Origin: Candidatus Levyibacteriota bacterium
GTDB lineage: Bacteria > Patescibacteriota > Microgenomatia > Levybacterales > UBA12049
DNA: 64,000 nucleotides
Assembly (NCBI GenBank): GCA_016182185.1
Contig: JACOXU010000003.1
Coordinates: forward strand, 57,974-121,973
Direction: 5' to 3'
In this document: positions 1 through 9,146 of the stretch, in pieces
How the letters are laid out: every line of letters begins with the position of its first letter
Numbering within the stretch: the stretch's first letter is position 1
Made by a program: the position numbers and the translations under genes
Notes under the pieces: model-generated
Databases searched by the model: none
What the model was told of the DNA's origin: nothing
The model's input: the letters and a program-made list of their open reading frames with translations, nothing else

Positions 1-123
<123 letters not shown>

Positions 124-252
124 TTAATTATAAATCCTAAATTCAAAATTACAAATCCTAAATAAATTAAAAATTCTAATTTCCAAATATTCAAAATTTT
201 TGGATTTTGATTATTGTGATTTTGATATTATTTGGAATTTAAGGCTTAGTGC

Positions 253-528
253 TTAGGATTTTCTAAGCAATAAGTGTCTTAAAATATTTTCATTCAAAGT
301 CAGTTTTTTCTCAAAATCTTTTGGCATTTCGCTTTTGAGCTCAAAAGTTATATCTACGTAAAATCCTGCAACTTCTTTTTTAATTGAGTAGCTTAATGGC
401 TTTTGTCCCCAATTTTGTTCCTTAATAATTTTTGCATCCAAAAGTGCTTTAATTGCCTCAATTACTTTCTTTCGATTTGGCTCAGAAAGTGATGTTTTAA
501 GCACTAAAATCAGTTCGTAAGCACGCAT
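253..528 (-). CDS. rpsF: 30S ribosomal protein S6
   Basis: 91-aa ORF MRAYELILVLK...WGQKPLSYSI matches S6 in length and conserved N-terminal pattern. Confidence 0.85.
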   Translation of the reverse strand: MRAYELILVLKTSLSEPNRKKVIEAIKALLDAKIIKEQNWGQKPLSYSIKKEVAGFYVDITFELKSEMPKDFEKKLTLNENILRHLLLRKS

Positions 529-577
529 GGTTTCCTAATCCTAACATATTTAAAAAGAGAATTGCAAGAAGCATTTT

Positions 578-1780
578 TCATCCGCCTATTTTAAATTCTA
601 TAACATCACCGTCTTTTACTATATAGTCCTTCCCTTCAAGCCGCGCCTTTCCTTTTTCCCTCGCGCCTTTCCATCCTTCGCTTGCAACAAAATCTTCATA
701 TGAAACGACTTCTGCTTTAATAAATTTTTTCATAAAGTCTGTGTGTATAGTGCCGGAAGCAATAAGCGCGGTGGAACCGCGTCGAATGGTCCATGCTCGA
801 ATTTCTTTTTCTCCGCAAGTCAAAAAAGAAATCAAATCAAGCATCTCGTATCCTTTTTTTATTACCTTTTCAAGTCCGGATTCACCAAGCCCCAAACTTT
901 TAAGATATTCTCTTTGTTCCTCATCTGAAAGATCAGCCAATTCTGCTTCTGTTTTGGCGCAGACCGCAATAGCATCATCTGGGAATTTTTTATCTAAATC
1001 ATCTTCGGAAACATTGGCGATAAAAAATACCGGTTTTAGAGTAATAAGATTAAGATTTTTTACAGTTTCTTTTTCTTCCTCGGTTAAACCAATATTTTTT
1101 GCCAGTACCCCTTTATCTAACTGCGTTTTTAATTTTTTGATAATTTCCCAGCGCAACAAATCCTCTTTGGTTGCATTCATTCTTGGCTGCTGCTGTTTAT
1201 TTAAGGTTTCCAAATCGGCAAGAATCAGCTCAGTATCAACAGTGGTTCTGTCTTCACCGGGCTTTGGTTCTCCTGTTACATGCGTTATATTTGTATCTTT
1301 AAAATATCTTTGAACATGACAGATTAAATCTACTTCTCTTATGTGCGCCAGAAATTTATTTCCCAAACCCTCGCCCGCCGCTGCACCTTTCACCAATCCC
1401 GCAATATCGATAAATTTTACAGTTGCAGGAATGATCGGAGGCAAAACGGGTGACGCGAACGAAGGGTGCCCGAGGCGCGCATCTGCGTTCGCAGCGCTAG
1501 CAAGACTAGCAGGAGCACCTTGGGAAGAGTGAGCGGCAGGACCCTTTTCGCGAGCGGCCTCAGCGCCGATAATATATGCAAGCTTTTCCAATCTCTCATC
1601 CGGAACCGGAACAACCCCGACATTTGGTTCGATTGTCGCAAAGGGATAGTTTGCCACGAATGCAGTTTGTCTCTTAAGAAGTGCATTAAAGAGAGTGGAC
1701 TTCCCCACATTGGGAAGCCCAACAATCCCAATTGAAAGATTCACACATGAAATTATAACTAACCTAAAGTAAAGACGCAA
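578..1780 (-). CDS. ychF: ribosome-binding ATPase YchF (Obg-like GTPase) carrying an in-frame ~40-aa repeat-derived insertion
   Basis: G1 motif [28 protein letters not shown]...GLGNKFL, and a C-terminal TGS-like end ([14 protein letters not shown]). The annotated start is TTG; the true start may be the GTG at about 1738. Confidence 0.85.
   Translation of the reverse strand: MRLYFRLVIISCVNLSIGIVGLPNVGKSTLFNALLKRQTAFVANYPFATIEPNVGVVPVPDERLEKLAYIIGAEAAREKGPAAHSSQGAPASLASAANADARLGHPSFASPVLPPIIPATVKFIDIAGLVKGAAAGEGLGNKFLAHIREVDLICHVQRYFKDTNITHVTGEPKPGEDRTTVDTELILADLETLNKQQQPRMNATKEDLLRWEIIKKLKTQLDKGVLAKNIGLTEEEKETVKNLNLITLKPVFFIANVSEDDLDKKFPDDAIAVCAKTEAELADLSDEEQREYLKSLGLGESGLEKVIKKGYEMLDLISFLTCGEKEIRAWTIRRGSTALIASGTIHTDFMKKFIKAEVVSYEDFVASEGWKGAREKGKARLEGKDYIVKDGDVIEFKIGG
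1445..1564 (-). repeat. GC-rich palindromic repeat-element copy inserted in frame in ychF (encodes [14 protein letters not shown]...SFASPV)
   Basis: Local GC spike in an AT-rich gene. The 3' end TTTTCGCGAGCGGCCTCAGCGCCG matches the copies in prs, dnaX and the 61.0-kb intergenic copy. Contains the internal palindrome GCGAACG...CGTTCGC. Confidence 0.6.
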
Positions 1781-1885
1781 GAATTATAAAGACAATCTGA
1801 TACTAGAAACTTATAAAAAAAGATGACAATATTTTCTTGACAGACACATATTGGTACCATATAATCTACCTGTTTACTTTCTATA

Positions 1886-3223
1886 ATGTCAAAGGAATCC
1901 GATAGTTACAAAAAAAGACTTTCTGAGCAAGGACTTTGGTTAAGCGGTACTATACTGACAATAGCAGCAATCACTTCTGCTTGTAATGCAAAAAATAACG
2001 ACCCAATAAGTACAACCGATACTCCACCTCCAACAAGTACCTCTGAACATATCTCGCCCACTACACAAACTGAAATAACTCCACTAAAAGAAAACGGACT
2101 TGAAGATTTATCGGGGAAGATTTTAGTTAGGTCATTTCCAGATGGTTTTGGACAAGACATAAATTTTGATGAACAGTCTGATATTCCTGATTTTGATTTA
2201 TCCGTAAATTTGTGGCTGATTAATCCTAATGGCTCTGAAAAAATTCTTATTAGCGAACGCTCATCAATAAATGCACCTGTTCTTTGGTCACCCAAGGGTG
2301 ATATGTTTGCTGCCCTGATTGAAGGCGATAGTTATTTTGATTTTCAGAACGATCAATGGAATGTTTTTGATCTAAAAGGTAACGTAATTGCCACTCTTGG
2401 AAAAGGCTTCGCTACACTTATACCTGAAGAAGATGTATCATGGTCTCCCACTGATAATTCATTAATATATTCACAAAAATTTGGCGGTATATTTGAGTAC
2501 AATATAAATACCCAGCATACACGTGAATTTATTACCACCACTGGGCGGACTCTAGATAATAGTCCTGCAATTTCTCCAGATGGCAGTAAGTTAATATATG
2601 TCCATCATGAATTTGGTTCTAACTATTACGTTACGCTTGCCAAGCTAGATCCAAATAAATTACCGCATAAAGGAAACGAGCACAATCTTGGCGTTATTAA
2701 CCCTGAACTGAAAGTATTATCCAGCGGAGAATTCTCTGGAGATGTTCCTTTTAGGTTTTTGTGGACCCGAGATGGTCAAAAAGTAATTTGGGCCCAAGAA
2801 ACTATATCTAATGATAATTTTGATCAAGCAATTTATATTGCAGATGTAAATAGAGAGTTAGTTACGCGAATAGATCTCAACTGGTGTACCTCATGGCCGA
2901 GTAAAATAGGAGATAATATTGATTTATCAAAGGATGGTCAAACAATTCTTTTTACTTGTAATGATTCTCTTTATGCTACAGACCTAAATGGGGATATTAC
3001 AACTATACTCGATTCTGAAGATTTAAAACTATTTCTTAAATTACCCAATTACCAAGATGGTTTTGTTGAATATCCAAGATGGTCCCCAGATGGCAAACAT
3101 ATAATTTTTTATAGCTTTCCAGACGATATTATAATTGTAAAAAATGATGGTTCTGATATAGAGAAGGTACCTTTTACAGAAGCACTATTAAATACGGGCG
3201 GCGTTGAGTGGTCACCGAAATAA
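1886..3223 (+). CDS. TolB-like beta-propeller (PD40/WD40-like repeat) protein with N-terminal membrane anchor
   Basis: Repeated WSP(K/T)D...(L/I)(I/L)(Y/F) motifs (WSPKGDMFAAL, WSPTDNSLIYSQ, SPDGSKLIYV, WSPDGKHIIFYS). N-terminal hydrophobic segment followed by a Thr/Pro-rich linker. Confidence 0.6.
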   Translation: MSKESDSYKKRLSEQGLWLSGTILTIAAITSACNAKNNDPISTTDTPPPTSTSEHISPTTQTEITPLKENGLEDLSGKILVRSFPDGFGQDINFDEQSDIPDFDLSVNLWLINPNGSEKILISERSSINAPVLWSPKGDMFAALIEGDSYFDFQNDQWNVFDLKGNVIATLGKGFATLIPEEDVSWSPTDNSLIYSQKFGGIFEYNINTQHTREFITTTGRTLDNSPAISPDGSKLIYVHHEFGSNYYVTLAKLDPNKLPHKGNEHNLGVINPELKVLSSGEFSGDVPFRFLWTRDGQKVIWAQETISNDNFDQAIYIADVNRELVTRIDLNWCTSWPSKIGDNIDLSKDGQTILFTCNDSLYATDLNGDITTILDSEDLKLFLKLPNYQDGFVEYPRWSPDGKHIIFYSFPDDIIIVKNDGSDIEKVPFTEALLNTGGVEWSPK

Positions 3224-3282
3224 TCGCGGAGCCTTACCACTTGATAGCCACATTACTGGATCATACCAAAATAATTCCTAAA

Positions 3283-4395
3283 TTATTTGAGGTATTTTTG
3301 GAAGAAGGAGACTGTATTTTGCATTGATTGATTAAAAGAGGCTCCGGTAAAATTATGCCCTCCGCTTGCGTATTCATTTAGCTCATGGGGAATATCGGTA
3401 TTATCAAGTATTGAGTTAAAATTTCTGCTATAGCGGGTATCTACTACATTATCATCCAACGCGTGATTAATTTGTATTGCACCTTTAATATCTCCTAAAT
3501 AATTTGTCATCGGTACCTGTTTCCAGAAGCTACTATTTGGGTCAAACTGCCCATATTTTTCAAAAAGTTCATTCCTTTTTCTTCGGGTTTGCGAATCCTC
3601 ATTCGGCGGCTGGTAACTTGAGTCTTGAATTCTGAACTGACTAAAGTCCTCATAGGTGTAAACCGCACCCGCAAAAATGACTGTAGCGGAAATTTCAGGA
3701 CTTGCCGCAAGAGCACGGGAAACTACATTTCCTGCCATGCTGTGTCCCCAAAGTCCTATTTTCTCAGAATTTACAAAGTCAGAATTTTTAAGAGCTGCTC
3801 TTGCATTTAAAACATCTATAATATAATCTGACGAATAATATCCTCCCCCCGGCTCTCCTTCTGAAGTACCGTGTCCGCGAAGGTCGATCTTAAAGACTAC
3901 AAATCCGTTTTTAGCAAGATAATCTACATAGGTTGAGTAATTTTCTAAAGTCCTGTAATTCTTAGGAGGAATATATCCGTGGACAAAAATGATTGCCGGC
4001 CACCCATTTTCGGGGATATCTGCCTTAGGAATGGTGAGATATCCATTAACCTCTAATCCATCAGAATCATAACTGGTTAGATAACCGATGTAAGTTGCGG
4101 TCTCTGTGGCTTGACTTAATTTTCCAAGTGAGCTTTCATAAGAACGCGCGCGAAGATACGGAATTGTCATTTCCTGAAACGGAAAAGGCGTTTGAGAAAT
4201 TTCAACGCTTGACTTTTTTCCCAAACTACGATTTTCCGGAGTGCTTTGTTTGTTTTTATAGACAGAAAAATAGAATACTCCGAAAACAAATGAGTTTATA
4301 ACAATGAGCATGCCAAGAAGGAGCAAAAATTTTTTTGTCTTATTTATTTTTTCAGGAACAAACTTTTCCGAGGGCTCAAAAATTGGTTTTTCCAT
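3283..4395 (-). CDS. alpha/beta hydrolase (S9/dienelactone-hydrolase-like esterase)
   Basis: GWPAIIFVHGY..., nucleophile elbow GHSMAG, and an N-terminal TM helix. Paralog of 52139..53182. Confidence 0.7.
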   Translation of the reverse strand: MEKPIFEPSEKFVPEKINKTKKFLLLLGMLIVINSFVFGVFYFSVYKNKQSTPENRSLGKKSSVEISQTPFPFQEMTIPYLRARSYESSLGKLSQATETATYIGYLTSYDSDGLEVNGYLTIPKADIPENGWPAIIFVHGYIPPKNYRTLENYSTYVDYLAKNGFVVFKIDLRGHGTSEGEPGGGYYSSDYIIDVLNARAALKNSDFVNSEKIGLWGHSMAGNVVSRALAASPEISATVIFAGAVYTYEDFSQFRIQDSSYQPPNEDSQTRRKRNELFEKYGQFDPNSSFWKQVPMTNYLGDIKGAIQINHALDDNVVDTRYSRNFNSILDNTDIPHELNEYASGGHNFTGASFNQSMQNTVSFFQKYLK

Positions 4396-4396
4396 T

Positions 4397-4978
4397 TTAA
4401 ATATCTTCTATATAATATCTTATTTCTTCAATGTCTGGCGTAAGAAGATTGTAAAGATAGGTTATATCTGAGTCACTATGACGGATGCATCCTGCGCTTC
4501 CGGGATCAACTTTTGATAACTTGGAATTATTTCCGTTGACTCCGTGCAATCCAAAATACCCTGGCAGGACCCAATCACACTCTCCGTTACACTCAGGATA
4601 AGGAACCGGACCATAAGGCCACTTGTCAGTAGTTGGAATATCTAAAGTAAGGAAATAGGGAGCGGTTTCAGGATTATCAGAAGACGACTCTTTTTTGATA
4701 ATCCGCCAATAATCTCTTCCCAAAAGCTTTGGTAAGGGAGTTGGACTTGAAGGAGTCCCCACCTTTACTTGAAAAGTTCTGATCAATCGGCTATTATTAA
4801 CATCGCCTGAAACCCCGAAATAAAGAAATTCTTTTTCTGATTTTCTCTTTAGAATTAACCAATAGGATTTTTTTGGGGTTATATTTTTCTGTGCTTTTGG
4901 ATTTTCTTTTAAAATTGCCAATAAAAAAATAACAGGAGTCAAAAGAAGCAAAATTAAAATCAACTTAACTTTAATCAT
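4397..4978 (-). CDS. L,D-transpeptidase (YkuD) domain protein
   Basis: Catalytic-site signature GLHGVN...SAGCIRHSD (His...Ser-x-Gly-Cys-Ile-Arg) and an N-terminal signal anchor. Confidence 0.65.
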   Translation of the reverse strand: MIKVKLILILLLLTPVIFLLAILKENPKAQKNITPKKSYWLILKRKSEKEFLYFGVSGDVNNSRLIRTFQVKVGTPSSPTPLPKLLGRDYWRIIKKESSSDNPETAPYFLTLDIPTTDKWPYGPVPYPECNGECDWVLPGYFGLHGVNGNNSKLSKVDPGSAGCIRHSDSDITYLYNLLTPDIEEIRYYIEDI

Positions 4979-6118
4979 ATGAAGTATTTTAGCAAAAAAT
5001 TAATCTTTAACAAAAGATATATTTTTCTCTTAATGGGATTTTTAATCATTAATACATCTTTGATTTTGATATTTACCAAATTTCAAACTGTAAATGATAA
5101 CCGCTTCCTCCCTTCTCAATCACTCAATCGCCAATCATCAATCGTCAATCCCGCGGTTCTCCCTTCCCCAACTTCCCCGCCTATTCCCCCACAAAAAATT
5201 TTATCGACTGATTATCATATTTTCCAAACATTTAATAATTGCGGCCCCGCAGCCCTATCCATGGCATTGAGATTTTACCGAGTTGTTGTGAATCAACAGG
5301 AATTAGGGCAAGCGTTAAGACCATATCAGATCCCCGGAGGAAACAATGATGATAAATCAGTAACCTTAAAAGAGCTGGCCGAAAAAAGTAAAGACTATGG
5401 CTTTATCCCCTACCATCGTCCCATGGGAAACCCGGAGCAGGTTGTAAAATTTATCGCAAACGATATACCGGTAATTGCCCGCACTTGGACCAAACCTACT
5501 GAAGATATAGGTCATTATAGAGTTATCAAAGGGTATGATGAGACTCTGGGGATTTTTATTCAGGACGATTCTCTTCAAAACAAAAATTTAGAGTATTCAT
5601 ATGAAGACTTTAATCAAATTTGGAAAAAATTCAATTTTGAGTATTTAGTTCTGGTGCCAAAGGAAAAACGAGAAATTGCCGAACAGATCTTAGGAGAAAA
5701 TAAAGAAGAGAAATTTTCCTGGCAAATGGCAGTTGAAAACTCACTTCAGGAATTATCAAGTAATCCAAATGATATTTATGCCAGATTTAATCTATCAGTC
5801 GCATATTATAATGTAGAAGAATTTCAAAAGTCCACAGAAGAATTTGAAAAAATAGAAAATCTTCTTCCCTTCCGGACACTCTGGTATCAGATAGAACCGA
5901 TTCAGGCTTATTTTGAATTGGGAAATTACGACAGAGTCTTCTCTCTAACCGACAAGATTCTAAGCAATGCAAATCGAGCCTTTTCCGAACTTTATATCTT
6001 AAGGGGGAAAATTTATCAAGCCCAGGGGAAAATTCAAGAAGCACGGTCTGAATTTGAAAAGGCGGTCTTTTATAATTCTAGCCTCAAAGAAGCCCGGGGT
6101 TTACTAAATTCTGTTTAA
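4979..6118 (+). CDS. peptidase C39-like domain protein with C-terminal TPR repeats
   Basis: NNCGPAALSMALRFY (Cys motif) and downstream IGHYRVIKGYD (His) typical of C39_2-like domains. TPR-like helical repeats at the C-terminus. N-terminal TM. Confidence 0.55.
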   Translation: MKYFSKKLIFNKRYIFLLMGFLIINTSLILIFTKFQTVNDNRFLPSQSLNRQSSIVNPAVLPSPTSPPIPPQKILSTDYHIFQTFNNCGPAALSMALRFYRVVVNQQELGQALRPYQIPGGNNDDKSVTLKELAEKSKDYGFIPYHRPMGNPEQVVKFIANDIPVIARTWTKPTEDIGHYRVIKGYDETLGIFIQDDSLQNKNLEYSYEDFNQIWKKFNFEYLVLVPKEKREIAEQILGENKEEKFSWQMAVENSLQELSSNPNDIYARFNLSVAYYNVEEFQKSTEEFEKIENLLPFRTLWYQIEPIQAYFELGNYDRVFSLTDKILSNANRAFSELYILRGKIYQAQGKIQEARSEFEKAVFYNSSLKEARGLLNSV

Positions 6119-7260
6119 TTGGGATTAATTCTAATCACTCTATCGTCCGAGGTATCAGGCGTTCCTCTTCCATCCCGATTGCTTGTAGTTATATAAAGCA
6201 TGTTATCACTACCTAAAACTACTTCTCTTATTCTGCCGAACTGGCTTTTGAAATGTTTTTTAAGTTCAATATTATCCCCCTTTACGACTGCCTCATATAA
6301 AGTTTCTCCTCGAAGGCCTGCGAAAAATATTGAATTTTCAAGAATTGCCATACCAGATGGCGCCCAGGTTTCAGTCGGTCCTGAGTGAAGTTTGGGAATC
6401 TCCATTCCGCTTCTTGCCTTATCTCCTTCAATCGTGGGCCAGCCGTAATTTTTGCCAGGCTCGACAAGATTTAACTCATCAAATCCTGATAAAACTCCTG
6501 ACCGACCATGTTCGGTTGCCCAAAGTCTTCCCTGATTGTCCCAGGCAATCCCCTGTGGGTTTCGATGTCCGTAAGAATAAACTAAATTATTAAAAGGGTT
6601 TCCCGAAACAGCTTTTCCTTCATCTGTCACTCTGAGAATTTTTCCTGCCAAAGAATTAGTATTTTGCGCTTGAGAAGAATTTTGAGCATCGCCTGTTGTT
6701 ATATATAAATTTTTATCCGGTCCGAATTTAATTCTTCCGCCGTTGTGATTCGATGCCCCCGGAATTCGATCGACGATAACTTGCTCATTTTCTAACTTAT
6801 TGTCTCGGTAGACCATTCTTGCAACTCTGTTAAACGTGTTGTTTGTATTTGCGCTATAAGTGTAGTAAAAATAGACAAAATGATTCGAAGAAAAATTTGG
6901 GTGAAGTGCAATTCCTAAGAGTCCTCCCTCTCCGATTTCCCTGACCTGATTAAATACTGCCACAGGCTTTGGATCAAGCATGCCGTTACGATTAATAAGT
7001 CTTACTTGTCCTTTTCGCTCGGTAACCAACATACTATTGTCAGGCAAAAACGTAATCCCCCAAGGAGTATCTAGGTTTCCTGCAATAACTTTGACTTTCT
7101 CATTTTCATCAATCTTAATAGACTGCGAGCTTGTTTCTTGTTTCTGATTTATCCTTAAAGGAGATTGGGTCTTATTTCTAATAATAAAAAAAACTAAAAC
7201 CAAAATAACCAATAGCAATCCAAAAATAATAAATTTAATTTTCATATTCTTTGAGGACAT
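6115..7260 (-). CDS. PQQ-dependent soluble sugar (glucose/sorbosone) dehydrogenase family protein
   Basis: PWGITFLPDNSMLVTERKGQVRLI, GLLGIALHPNF, NHNGGRIKFGPDKNLYITTGD and GHRNPQGIAWD are hallmark SGDH beta-propeller motifs. Confidence 0.8.
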   Translation of the reverse strand: MSSKNMKIKFIIFGLLLVILVLVFFIIRNKTQSPLRINQKQETSSQSIKIDENEKVKVIAGNLDTPWGITFLPDNSMLVTERKGQVRLINRNGMLDPKPVAVFNQVREIGEGGLLGIALHPNFSSNHFVYFYYTYSANTNNTFNRVARMVYRDNKLENEQVIVDRIPGASNHNGGRIKFGPDKNLYITTGDAQNSSQAQNTNSLAGKILRVTDEGKAVSGNPFNNLVYSYGHRNPQGIAWDNQGRLWATEHGRSGVLSGFDELNLVEPGKNYGWPTIEGDKARSGMEIPKLHSGPTETWAPSGMAILENSIFFAGLRGETLYEAVVKGDNIELKKHFKSQFGRIREVVLGSDNMLYITTSNRDGRGTPDTSDDRVIRINPN

Positions 7261-7290
7261 TATAGCAGAAGATTAAATTGAAAATTTTCC

Positions 7291-7510
7291 TTCAAAAATA
7301 AACATCTTGCTTATTTTCAAAGGAAAAGAGAGAAGAAATTTTGTTGAGGTACGAAGACCAGCAAGTACAGACGCATTTGTCTGATGTGCAGTCTTAGTAA
7401 CTAGACAAAATTTGAGATCTTCTCTCTGTGATGGAATAAGTTGTTTGGTGGTGGTTTGTCATGCATATCGCAAGAGAGCAAGAGGGGGGAAACTCTCACA
7501 TCTGCGTCAA
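7291..7510. repeat. conserved AT-rich arm (downstream/3' side of cargo gene), copy 1; homologous to 22800..23050
   Basis: About 70-80% identity by eye to 22800..23050. Shared blocks CTGCTTATTTTCAAAGGAAAAGAGAGAAGAAAT, CAGACGCA(T/A)TTG(T/C)CTGA and CTTCTCTC. Ends in AGAGGGGGGAAACTCTCACA. Confidence 0.6.
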
Positions 7511-8395
7511 TGCAGCTGAATCACCAGGCTATTGCCCGAGGGGGTGAAATGACAACACCTAGTTCTTTCAGCCGAAACTGTCAGCGAAGCGCTCGCATCG
7601 CCGTCAAAGGGAGGTGAACCAGCGCGCAAGCGCTACTGTCGGGAGTGACTGTCTGGCGTCGGCGTGCTCAGGAACTGGCGGCAGAAGTGCCGGCAAGCCG
7701 ATCAGAGAAAAACACCCCTGCCTTTCCGCATCGCCGATGCAGGCCGTAGGTTAACGCAGTGCCCAGAACAACAGCTGCAATGATGGTCAGCTGAAGTGAC
7801 TGTGCATAACGAAGGATGTCGACGACGTCGCCGGTAATCGATGAGACGATCCAGCTGTCACGCAGGCTCGTTGGCGTCTGCGGAATCGTAGTAACTGGAG
7901 AGTCCCGAGATGAGCCGGTGATCGAAGAGTCAAGACCCACGTCATTGGTTAATGGACTATGAGCCATGCTCATGGCGCCGATGTCCGTGCAGTCGTGCGA
8001 TCCGCATGAAGCAGCCGTGTTGTCAGCAATGTCGGCGCTGTTGCGGATAGAGTCGTCCAGACCCTGACCTGACGTGAACGGGTGTAATATTCCCTGGGAC
8101 ACGTCCAGATTGACGATGGTCGCCTGAGACGAACTGGCGAGAGAGACTTCGGGACTTGCTCTGGCTTGCGGAGTCAAATGCTGACTGGGCATCAAAGCGA
8201 AGAAGCCGCAGATAGCAGCAAGTGCCACACACGCCATGAGTCCAAGAAGAGATCTCCCCTGTCGACATCTTACTGTCTCAAAGGACATAAGACCTCCTGT
8301 TACGGACCTGTCGGGATTGATATATTAAATTGTGATGAATCCGATAAACACCTCCGTATTGTGAATTTGGTGCAAATGCAAGAGTTCCCCCCGCC
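7481..8395 (-). mobile_element. GC-rich cassette-like island 1, bounded by inverted repeats AGAGGGGGGAAACTCT / AGAGTTCCCCCCGCC (putative; mobility unproven)
   Basis: Sharp GC shift (about 55-60% against about 35% in the flanks). A 12-bp inverted repeat sits at the inner boundaries. The same architecture with different cargo recurs at 23026..24281. Confidence 0.4.
7668..8288 (-). CDS. hypothetical membrane protein (cargo of island 1)
   Basis: 206-aa ORF with N-terminal and C-terminal hydrophobic helices. AGGAGGT lies 4 nt before the ATG. In GC-rich DNA long ORFs arise by chance, so coding status is uncertain. Confidence 0.4.
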   Translation of the reverse strand: MSFETVRCRQGRSLLGLMACVALAAICGFFALMPSQHLTPQARASPEVSLASSSQATIVNLDVSQGILHPFTSGQGLDDSIRNSADIADNTAASCGSHDCTDIGAMSMAHSPLTNDVGLDSSITGSSRDSPVTTIPQTPTSLRDSWIVSSITGDVVDILRYAQSLQLTIIAAVVLGTALTYGLHRRCGKAGVFFSDRLAGTSAASS

Positions 8396-8556
8396 AATTG
8401 ACAAGCCTTGTCAAAAAGCGGGGAAAACCTTACCCGCACTCAATTCATCACACTTATTCCAAATTTCAATGTGCGATTTGTTTTTTCCTGAAATACATCT
8501 GCAAATAGATGTACCAGAGCAAAAACAATTAATAGTCAACTATAATATAACACAAA
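8381..8556 (-). promoter_or_regulatory. conserved upstream arm/leader of island 1: TGTTATATT -10-like box, ~170-nt conserved leader with dyad TTGACAAGGCTTGTCAA, then the inverted repeat
   Basis: Homologous to 24266..24432 (TGTTATAAT, TTGATAAAGTTTATCGA). Lies upstream of the cargo-gene RBS in both islands. Confidence 0.45.
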
Positions 8557-8621
8557 TTATCCTAAATCAACAGGCATTTTGAGATTCTTGACTTAAATAT
8601 TAGAAGGTATATAATTCAGCT

Positions 8622-9146
8622 ATGATCGAGGCTTCATTACGATCAGTTAATGAGTTTCAGTTAGAATTCGAGGAAGCAAGAAGGTTTCTTTTGGAAAGCG
8701 GGTTTTTGGGCATAGTAAAAAATATTTCAGCAACTCTATGCCATTTACCCATAATTCCTCCCCGAGATTTTGACGAACAAAATCCCCAGGGGCCATACAT
8801 GGGACTAATAGCTCCAGTCATAACCCACAAAGTTGGTTTCTTAAATAGAGATCGTTTCTCTTCCATCCGAAAACAAAGAACATTTTTTATCTCTCTTCCA
8901 TTGGGAAGTAAAGATGTTTTAATGGAGGTTAGAGAAGCTGGAGCTTTGATTGGAAAAGATGGACAAGAACATCCCGCTTCGGATTACCCTGTTTGGGTCA
9001 TGGAACTTTCACGAGAATCTGAATTTTCGAACTTAAAAAGAGGGCTACTGGAAGGCATTGAAAATTTAATGCCACTTGATAAGAATCAACATAAAAATGT
9101 AATGATTGCTCTTGGCTTACTACCCCAACCTTTTAAAACCATTTAG
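8622..9146 (+). CDS. hypothetical protein
   Basis: 174-aa ORF. TTGACT...TATATAAT lies immediately upstream, with the ATG about 6 nt after the -10 box (leaderless-type start). Confidence 0.5.
   Translation: MIEASLRSVNEFQLEFEEARRFLLESGFLGIVKNISATLCHLPIIPPRDFDEQNPQGPYMGLIAPVITHKVGFLNRDRFSSIRKQRTFFISLPLGSKDVLMEVREAGALIGKDGQEHPASDYPVWVMELSRESEFSNLKRGLLEGIENLMPLDKNQHKNVMIALGLLPQPFKTI

Noticed and set aside
741-1313. 190-aa plus-strand ORF (and 743..928, 1341..1532, 1466..1735) inside ychF
   Set aside because: Antisense to a well-supported conserved gene. Low-complexity Ser/Phe-rich translation typical of the reverse frame of an AT-rich gene.
7261-7667. GC-rich non-coding stretch as a possible rRNA/tRNA or other known RNA gene
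   Set aside because: No recognisable tRNA cloverleaf (T-loop GTTCRA with acceptor pairing) or rRNA conserved blocks. Better explained as the cassette arm plus 3' UTR.
7481-8395. Interpreting the GC-rich islands as IS elements because of terminal inverted repeats
   Set aside because: No transposase-like ORF (DDE, HUH, serine or tyrosine recombinase motifs) in either island. The cargo is a metabolic enzyme in one and a small membrane ORF in the other. I left it as a cassette-like element of unknown mobility.
8166-8582. 138-aa plus-strand ORF spanning the island 1 boundary (also 8023..8268 minus, 22741..23340 minus, 23219..23833 plus, 24023..24412 plus)
   Set aside because: Long chance ORFs are expected in GC-rich DNA. 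They overlap better-supported genes or run across the GC/AT boundary. No motifs.
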